From a virus, in the UHGV virus genome UHGV-0338394: a DNA stretch of 11,858 nucleotides. The stretch is one strand, 5' to 3'. The position numbers and the translations under genes are program-made. Shown in pieces: positions 7,249 through 11,858 of the stretch (position 1 is its first letter; each line of letters starts with the position of its first letter). The notes under the pieces are model-generated. The model was given only the letters and a program-made list of their open reading frames with translations. It did no database searches and had not been told where the DNA came from.

Positions 7249-7706
7249 CAGCACAAATTTCAGCATACGGGCGGCTGGTGGCAGATCCCCAGACCCGTAC
7301 CACAGCAAACGGTACAAGCATGGCAATGGGCCGGTTAGCGGTGGCACTGCCCTGCCATGCAGCAGAGGGCGGAGAGGTTACTTTCTGGCTGGGCGTGGTG
7401 GCATTCGGCAAACAGGCCGACGCACTGGCAGGACACGTTAAAGGCGATTTAGTCAGTGTTGCCGGAGCGATGCAGATCAATCAGTGGACGGGCAAGGATG
7501 GCGGTACACAGCAAGGTTATCAGGTAGTAGCCGACAGCGTGATCAGCGCCAGAACGGTACGCCCCGGCGGGAAGCGGGCCGAATCAGTCAAAGCAAGCGG
7601 AGCCAGCAGGGGCCACACAACACAATCCGCGCCGGGATGGGAGTTATATAATACCCCTGATGATTTTGACCAACGCCCACCATTCGACGATGAAACGCCA
7701 TTCTGA
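7245..7706 (+). CDS. Single-stranded DNA-binding (SSB) family protein with an acidic C-terminal tail, 153 aa
   Basis: The OB-fold core aligns by eye with E. coli SSB ([15 protein letters not shown] against [38 protein letters not shown] against [33 protein letters not shown] against RKWTDQSGQ). The C-terminus FDDETPF resembles the SSB tail DFDDDIPF. Confidence 0.85.
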   Translation: [153 protein letters not shown]

Positions 7707-7716
7707 GAGGGAAGAT

Positions 7717-8361
7717 ATGAGTACGCAACCCATCATTATTGAGTTCGGCAGCTATCGCTGGCCCAGACATCTTGCAATACATGAAGCAGGTCATGCGATA
7801 GCCGCATGGTTGTTCGGCATACAGGAGGTAGAAATTGCGTTATCGGGTAATAACCGAGTGGCAAAAACCTACCTTAGAGGAGATGTTGATGAATGTGGAG
7901 CTGTAGCGGTATGGCAGCACGGCAACTATCCACGGAATGTGGCTGAGGTTAAGTCTTACAACCTCTCGAATGATGACACCAGGTTACGTCTGATAGACCA
8001 GGTATGCCGGGATATGGTTATCTCTCTAGCTGGTATCGTCGCGCAATCACGCTATACGGGGGATGATATTAACGCACTGATGGAAACGTCCGGGAAAGCA
8101 GACATGAAAAATGTTCGTGATTTATCAGAGGTATACCGGGTGGCTGGTGGAGAGGATGCTGATATACAGAGAATATCCCTTTCCCGTGCTGAGGCGCTGA
8201 TTGCCCTGAAATGGTGGGATGTTATCGCGCTGGCGAAAATACTGGAGAACCGTAACCATATGCCTGCCAGAAACTTCCAGCGCATTATGGGTGATATTGA
8301 CAAGCCTGTACCAAAGCCTATGACGCTGGCTGAACTGGATGAATTGGTGGGTGAAGAATGA
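7717..8361 (+). CDS. Stand-alone HExxH zinc metallopeptidase, FtsH (M41)-like motif HEAGHAI, no AAA+ module, 214 aa
   Basis: GAGGG ribosome-binding site 5 nt before the ATG at 7717. RHLAIHEAGHAIAAWLFG matches the FtsH active site TAYHEAGHAI. The downstream LAGIVAQSRYTGDDINALMETSGKAD resembles the M41 region carrying the third zinc ligand. No Walker motifs are present. Confidence 0.65.
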   Translation: MSTQPIIIEFGSYRWPRHLAIHEAGHAIAAWLFGIQEVEIALSGNNRVAKTYLRGDVDECGAVAVWQHGNYPRNVAEVKSYNLSNDDTRLRLIDQVCRDMVISLAGIVAQSRYTGDDINALMETSGKADMKNVRDLSEVYRVAGGEDADIQRISLSRAEALIALKWWDVIALAKILENRNHMPARNFQRIMGDIDKPVPKPMTLAELDELVGEE

Positions 8362-8708
8362 AGCCATACATTCTGGCAGCCGTCCTGATCTCATCGGCAC
8401 CGGCACTATCTGCTATCCATTGTGGGGGCTTTACCATACAGCCAGACCGTTATCGGACAACGATTAACGGCGATGTGGTTCATATTGTTGATGCGCAATT
8501 TTACGGCGCACCGCGAGACTTTAGCCAGGCCGCCATAAAGTTATTGCCGGATGCCATTACCACTACCGATAGGCAATACCGACTGGAGACGCAGGGAGGC
8601 AATGCCTTGCTTGAGTTGATGACCAGAGAAAACCCGCCACGTGTGCTTAATCGTGAGCGCTGCGATGCCGGGTTAACAAGATTCGGTTGGTACACTTCTG
8701 CGCCGTGA
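8358..8708 (+). CDS. Predicted secreted/periplasmic protein with an N-terminal signal peptide, 116 aa
   Basis: ATGA overlap with the peptidase gene. N-terminus MKPYILAAVLISSAPALSA has the form of a Sec signal peptide with an Ala-x-Ala cleavage site. Confidence 0.6.
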   Translation: MKPYILAAVLISSAPALSAIHCGGFTIQPDRYRTTINGDVVHIVDAQFYGAPRDFSQAAIKLLPDAITTTDRQYRLETQGGNALLELMTRENPPRVLNRERCDAGLTRFGWYTSAP

Positions 8709-8892
8709 TGTTCGTTCCGAGCGCAGCCTAAAATCAACGGCGTGACGCGGGCGATTCGCACCACAACCACACAGGGCGTCATAGAACGGGATAGACTTCT
8801 GCGACAATTTGCATTCGCCGCCAATATAGCAAGCCGTCCACATCAAGCAATAAACTATCACCGGGAGGGGGTAGTCAAATCTCTACAGCCCT

Positions 8893-8926
8893 GACTGTCC
8901 GGGACTGCCCGCCCCATCGTTTTTTT
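8893..8926 (+). terminator. Possible weak terminator after the four-gene operon
   Basis: GC-rich segment GTCCGGGACTGCCCGCCCC followed by a 7-T run (8920-8926). The stem is imperfect, and the T-run could instead pair with the downstream A-run. Confidence 0.25.
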
Positions 8927-8986
8927 ATACCCGCAAAAAATGAAATTTAATCCGGGCGTGTTTCATCCTTCCAGAGGGTATGACGT

Positions 8987-9172
8987 ATGACACCACGCGA
9001 AATAGCCTTATTGACCATCGCCAAACTTGAGCACGGAGGCCACCAGCTTACACAGGCAGATCAACGGGAGATAGAACGCTCAGTTAATGCCGATATAGCC
9101 CGGCGCGACAGGTTCCGCGAAATGATGCGAGCACCTGCCTACCAGTGGAAGAAGCCAGCGCCGCGCAGGTAG
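8987..9172 (+). CDS. Small hypothetical protein (61 aa)
   Basis: AGAGGG ribosome-binding site 8 nt upstream of the ATG. Charged, helical-looking sequence. Could be spurious. Confidence 0.4.
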   Translation: MTPREIALLTIAKLEHGGHQLTQADQREIERSVNADIARRDRFREMMRAPAYQWKKPAPRR

Positions 9173-9229
9173 ATATGGGATTATTCCACATGTAACTTAT
9201 GCGTATTAAGCAAATTTCCTTTATTCACC

Positions 9230-9259
9230 TTTACAGAATTGTGAGTACGTCAGTATCGT
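9230..9259 (+). promoter_or_regulatory. Candidate sigma70 promoter for the PRiA4_ORF3-like gene
   Basis: TTTACA at 9230-9235, an 18-bp spacer, and TATCGT at 9254-9259, in an AT-rich intergenic region. AGGA ribosome-binding site at 9284-9287 before the ATG at 9293. Confidence 0.3.
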
Positions 9260-9292
9260 TATCCTTCCGATTCGCATTTATTCAGGATTTGC

Positions 9293-9835
9293 ATGTACCA
9301 GCTAAAGATAACCATCCGAGACAGCAAACCACCTATATGGCGGCGTGTGCTGGTTCCAGAGCAAATCCCCTTTAGTAAACTTCATGCCGTGATCCAGTTA
9401 GCTTTTGGCTGGAATGACGAACACCTGTATATGTTCGAGAAAGGGCGTAAAGGTGATCCAGGTAGCGAGTATCACGTATGGGGTGAGGATGAAAGCATGG
9501 GTAACGCGGCAATCACGCCACTATGGGCGGCGCTCCAGAATGAGGGTGACAAGCTGGTTTATACGTATGACTTTGGCGACTGGTGGGATTGCGTCATTGT
9601 GCTGGAGAAGCAAACACACGATACGAGTAATCAGCCCATTAGCTGCCTGCGTGGGAAAGGCACCACCCCGGCGGAAAACTCAGGCGGCTTGCATGGTTAC
9701 AATGAATTGCTATTACAGGCCAGAGAGTCTGATAATCCTGAGCAGGCCGAGATCCACAATTTCCTGATGCTGGATATTGAACGCCGGGTTTACGACCTGA
9801 GCCGCATCAACGACAGATTGCAGGCTATTAACTGA
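9293..9835 (+). CDS. PRiA4_ORF3-like protein (plasmid pRiA4b ORF-3 family), 180 aa
   Basis: N-terminal signature LKITIRDSKPPIWRRVLVPEQIPFSKLHAVIQLAFGWNDEHLYMF matches my recollection of the family's PpIWRR...LH..IQ.aFgW..HLh.F pattern. Assigned from memory. Confidence 0.75.
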   Translation: MYQLKITIRDSKPPIWRRVLVPEQIPFSKLHAVIQLAFGWNDEHLYMFEKGRKGDPGSEYHVWGEDESMGNAAITPLWAALQNEGDKLVYTYDFGDWWDCVIVLEKQTHDTSNQPISCLRGKGTTPAENSGGLHGYNELLLQARESDNPEQAEIHNFLMLDIERRVYDLSRINDRLQAIN

Positions 9836-10187
9836 CCCGCATGTATTCACCTGATATTGCGTTATCAGCGCCGCCAGTATCGCGCATAACAGCGCACTGA
9901 CCTGGTAAACCGTAGCGCACGACCGTTGCGTTAGTTTCACCGCCGCGCCGTATCTGGCGCGATTCATACACTATCACCCGCTCAAGCAACCCACCAGCAA
10001 CCATGCTTTCCAGTGTGCGCCGGGTTGATTCGATCTGGTGGCGCTTATCGAACGACACCATGCCATGAAGCAGGTAGGCCACACCCGACACATCGAACGG
10101 CGGCGCACCAATCTCACCAGTCACCCATTCGAGGTTATCCGGTTCAAAGTAGCTAAGTATCTCTTTTTTGCGGCTGGTCATTCTCAT
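9828..10187 (-). CDS. Hypothetical protein, possibly a winged-helix DNA-binding protein (119 aa), convergent with and overlapping the PRiA4_ORF3-like gene
   Basis: Minus-strand ORF whose 3' end overlaps the 3' end of 9293-9835 by 8 nt. An AAGGAA ribosome-binding site lies upstream on the minus strand. The segment RRTLESMVAGGLLERV is reminiscent of a winged-helix recognition region, a weak inference. Confidence 0.55.
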   Translation of the reverse strand: MRMTSRKKEILSYFEPDNLEWVTGEIGAPPFDVSGVAYLLHGMVSFDKRHQIESTRRTLESMVAGGLLERVIVYESRQIRRGGETNATVVRYGLPGQCAVMRDTGGADNAISGEYMRVS

Positions 10188-10199
10188 GGCTGGCAGGTT

Positions 10200-10233
10200 C
10201 CTTATTGTGGGATAGCGGTATCATACAATAAGG
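10200..10233 (-). promoter_or_regulatory. Perfect 9-bp inverted repeat CCTTATTGT-N16-ACAATAAGG covering the ribosome-binding site of the minus-strand gene
   Basis: Arms at 10200-10208 and 10225-10233. On the minus-strand mRNA the AAGGAA site lies inside the proximal arm, 12-13 nt from the start codon at 10187. Confidence 0.4.
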
Positions 10234-10443
10234 CGCAAAAGATAAGAGGCCAGAACAGCAAGCATGAGAGCATAAAATGAGCAGCCAAAGACAGCACCTC
10301 AAAATACCGTGTACACAAGGGTGTACCTACTTAGAAAACGCATTACAAGGAATCCAGTAACCACGCAGCCTAGAGACTCCTACTCAATAAACAGATTCAA
10401 TTGAGTAACTCGTAACACTAATTCTTACTTTTCAGCCTTCACA

Positions 10444-10476
10444 AATGCCGCCCACTCAAACAGAGCGGCATTTTTC
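10444..10476 (+). terminator. Orphan intrinsic terminator-like hairpin (AATGCCGC-N13-GCGGCATT followed by TTT)
   Basis: 8-bp stem (10444-10451 pairing with 10465-10472), a 13-nt loop, and a 5-T run to 10475 that overlaps the stem end. No + strand ORF ends within about 600 bp upstream. Confidence 0.45.
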
Positions 10477-10565
10477 TTCCCCGCAACTTCAATTCTGTTT
10501 TGCGTGCCTGCTCCAGATTTTGCGATGTTTTTTTGCCCAGCACACTGAGAACGTGAGATACTCAA

Positions 10566-10585
10566 AACTGTATATAAATACAGTT
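10566..10585. promoter_or_regulatory. LexA (SOS) box of dinD
   Basis: AACTGTATATAAATACAGTT contains the CTGT-N8-ACAG core and matches the LexA operator of E. coli dinD as I remember it. It lies about 45 bp upstream of the dinD start. Confidence 0.85.
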
Positions 10586-10628
10586 ACAGATTTACTTTCT
10601 TTGCAATCGATATCACATGGAGTGGGCA

Positions 10629-11453
10629 ATGAACGAACATCATCAACCTTTTGAAGAAATACGGCATTATGGCACTGAAGGGCAAGAATTTTGGTCAGCT
10701 AGAGAATTGGCACCGTTACTGGATTATCGGGACTGGCGCAATTTTCAAAAGGTACTGGCCCGCGCGACTCAAGCGTGCGAAGCCAGCAATCAAGCTGCAT
10801 CTGACCATTTCGTTGAAACCACCAAAATGGTTGTATTAGGTTCAGGGGCTCAACGAGAACTTGAAGATGTTCATCTCTCCCGCTATGCCTGTTACCTGGT
10901 AGTACAAAACGGCGACCCTGCGAAACCGGTTATTGCGGCAGGGCAAACTTATTTTGCTATCCAGACCCGACGGCAGGAGCTGGCTGACGATGAAGCTTTC
11001 AGGCAACTTCGTGAAGACGAAAAGCGTCTTTTTCTGAGAAATGAATTGAAAGAACATAACAAACAATTGGTTGAGGCAGCGCAGCAAGCTGGGGGAGCGA
11101 CAGCTATCGATTTCGCCATATTTCAGAATCATGGTTACCGGGGGCTGTATGGTGGATTAGATCAGAAAGCTATTCATCAGCGGAAGGGGCTGAAAAAGAA
11201 TCAGAAGATCCTGGATCATATGGGTTCAACAGAACTGGCGGCTAATCTCTTTCGAGCTACCCAAACAGAAGAAAAACTCAAGCGGGATGGCGTGAATTCA
11301 AAACAGCAAGCAAACACCACACACTTTGACGTGGGTCGCAAGGTGAGGCAAACCATTCAGGAACTTGGCGGAACCATGCCTGAGGAGTTGCCGACCCCGC
11401 AGGTCAGCATCAAGCAGTTGGAAAACAGTGTAAAAATTACAGAGAAGAAATAG
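10629..11453 (+). CDS. dinD: DNA damage-inducible protein D (274 aa)
   Basis: Translation beginning MNEHHQPFEEIRHYGTEGQEFWSARELAPLLDYRDW matches my recollection of E. coli DinD. GGAG ribosome-binding site 6 nt before the ATG at 10629, which I prefer to the ORF-track start at 10617. The LexA box lies immediately upstream. Confidence 0.88.
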   Translation: MNEHHQPFEEIRHYGTEGQEFWSARELAPLLDYRDWRNFQKVLARATQACEASNQAASDHFVETTKMVVLGSGAQRELEDVHLSRYACYLVVQNGDPAKPVIAAGQTYFAIQTRRQELADDEAFRQLREDEKRLFLRNELKEHNKQLVEAAQQAGGATAIDFAIFQNHGYRGLYGGLDQKAIHQRKGLKKNQKILDHMGSTELAANLFRATQTEEKLKRDGVNSKQQANTTHFDVGRKVRQTIQELGGTMPEELPTPQVSIKQLENSVKITEKK

Positions 11454-11743
11454 CAGAAACTAAAAACTCTTTTTGTTGATTGAGACACCCGATGCGTAAG
11501 CCAAGGTCCAGGTGCAGTGAACACAATGGCTAAATATTGCACCTTTCTTTTCCCCCCTCAGTTTTAACCTATTTTTTCTTATGCATTTTCTCAGACAAGA
11601 AGTCAGAAGAATGCATCTCTGCTACAGAAAATAGCGATTTCACATAACTACAAGTTATCAATTTCCCCTCACCTTAAAAAATCTCAATCGTGACAATGCG
11701 CACAAATCGCTACCCTGCCAGACAGATTTTTAGGGAGAGAACC

Positions 11744-11858
11744 ATGCTGTTACACATTTTGTATTTGGTTGGCATTACTGCCGAAGCCATGACGGGGGCG
11801 CTGGCGGCCGGACGACGGCGCATGGATACATTTGGCGTAATTATTATTGCGACCGCCA
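11744..11858 (+). CDS. yicG: UPF0126 inner-membrane protein YicG, 5' partial (first 38 codons; continues past the window end)
   Basis: GGGAGAG ribosome-binding site then the ATG at 11744. Hydrophobic N-terminus MLLHILYLVGITAEAMTGALAAGRRRMDTFGVIIIATA is consistent with the UPF0126 (YicG/YadS) family and with the dinD-yicG order in E. coli. Confidence 0.8.
   Translation, partial: MLLHILYLVGITAEAMTGALAAGRRRMDTFGVIIIATA

Larger units (their letters stand above)
1..10443 (+). mobile_element. P4-like / PICI-like satellite integrative element, partial (left end with integrase and attL lies outside the window; right boundary approximate)
   Basis: Module order alpA - antirepressor - control region - small-gene operon - P4 alpha-type primase-helicase - iteron origin - accessory genes, all co-directional, abutting chromosomal dinD-yicG. 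The boundary is placed before the orphan terminator and the dinD promoter. No att repeat could be identified without the left end. Confidence 0.55.

Noticed and set aside
8501-8861. Minus-strand ORFs 8501-8824 and 8673-8861
   Set aside because: Antisense to the signal-peptide gene and the downstream intergenic region. Composition is artefact-like and no ribosome-binding site is evident.
10038-10280. 80-aa + strand ORF
   Set aside because: Antisense to the better-supported minus-strand gene 9828-10187 and extends across its palindromic 5' region.
10300-10443. tRNA or tmRNA 3' end as the attachment site
   Set aside because: I found no T-arm-like GGTTCGAATCC or acceptor/CCA-like sequence. GGAATCC at 10348-10354 is too short and lacks the surrounding stem structure.
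10617-10628. Upstream start (MEWAM...) for dinD
   Set aside because: The GGAG ribosome-binding site is positioned for the ATG at 10629, and the product from 10629 begins MNEHHQPF, matching DinD as I recall it.
10445-10654. 69-aa + strand ORF
   Set aside because: Runs across the orphan terminator, the dinD LexA box and the dinD ribosome-binding site. This is a promoter region, not a gene.
11571-11620. Imperfect inverted repeat ATGCATTTTCT ... AGAAGAATGCAT between dinD and yicG
   Set aside because: One-nucleotide bulge, a long loop and no T-run. It lies in conserved chromosomal intergenic DNA, is probably incidental, and was not pursued.

Overview
This window appears to hold the right-hand ~10.4 kb of a P4-like / PICI-like satellite integrative element from an enterobacterium, joined at its right edge to the conserved E. 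coli dinD-yicG backbone. All calls are from reading the sequence and from remembered family signatures; no searches were run. The element runs left to right on the + strand: an AlpA-type regulator with operator-like palindromes upstream (the integrase would lie beyond the left edge), an antirepressor-like gene and a small DUF4222-like gene, then a ~500 bp region best read as non-coding, with an intrinsic terminator and three copies of a short motif in a P4 seqA/seqB/seqC-like arrangement. After that come six tightly coupled small genes of unknown function, a P4 alpha-type primase-helicase, and an iteron-rich origin. Downstream of the origin is the accessory end, where I would look for the undescribed system. 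The strongest candidate is a four-gene translationally coupled operon (6946-8708): an unknown protein, an SSB-like protein with an intact acidic C-terminal tail, a stand-alone FtsH-type HEAGH zinc peptidase with no ATPase module, and a signal-peptide protein. A second candidate is a convergent, overlapping pair (9293-10187): a PRiA4_ORF3-like protein and a small protein whose ribosome-binding site lies inside a perfect palindrome. The element ends in an ORF-free AT-rich stretch with an orphan terminator, followed by the dinD SOS box, dinD and the start of yicG. No tRNA, rRNA or CRISPR array was seen.
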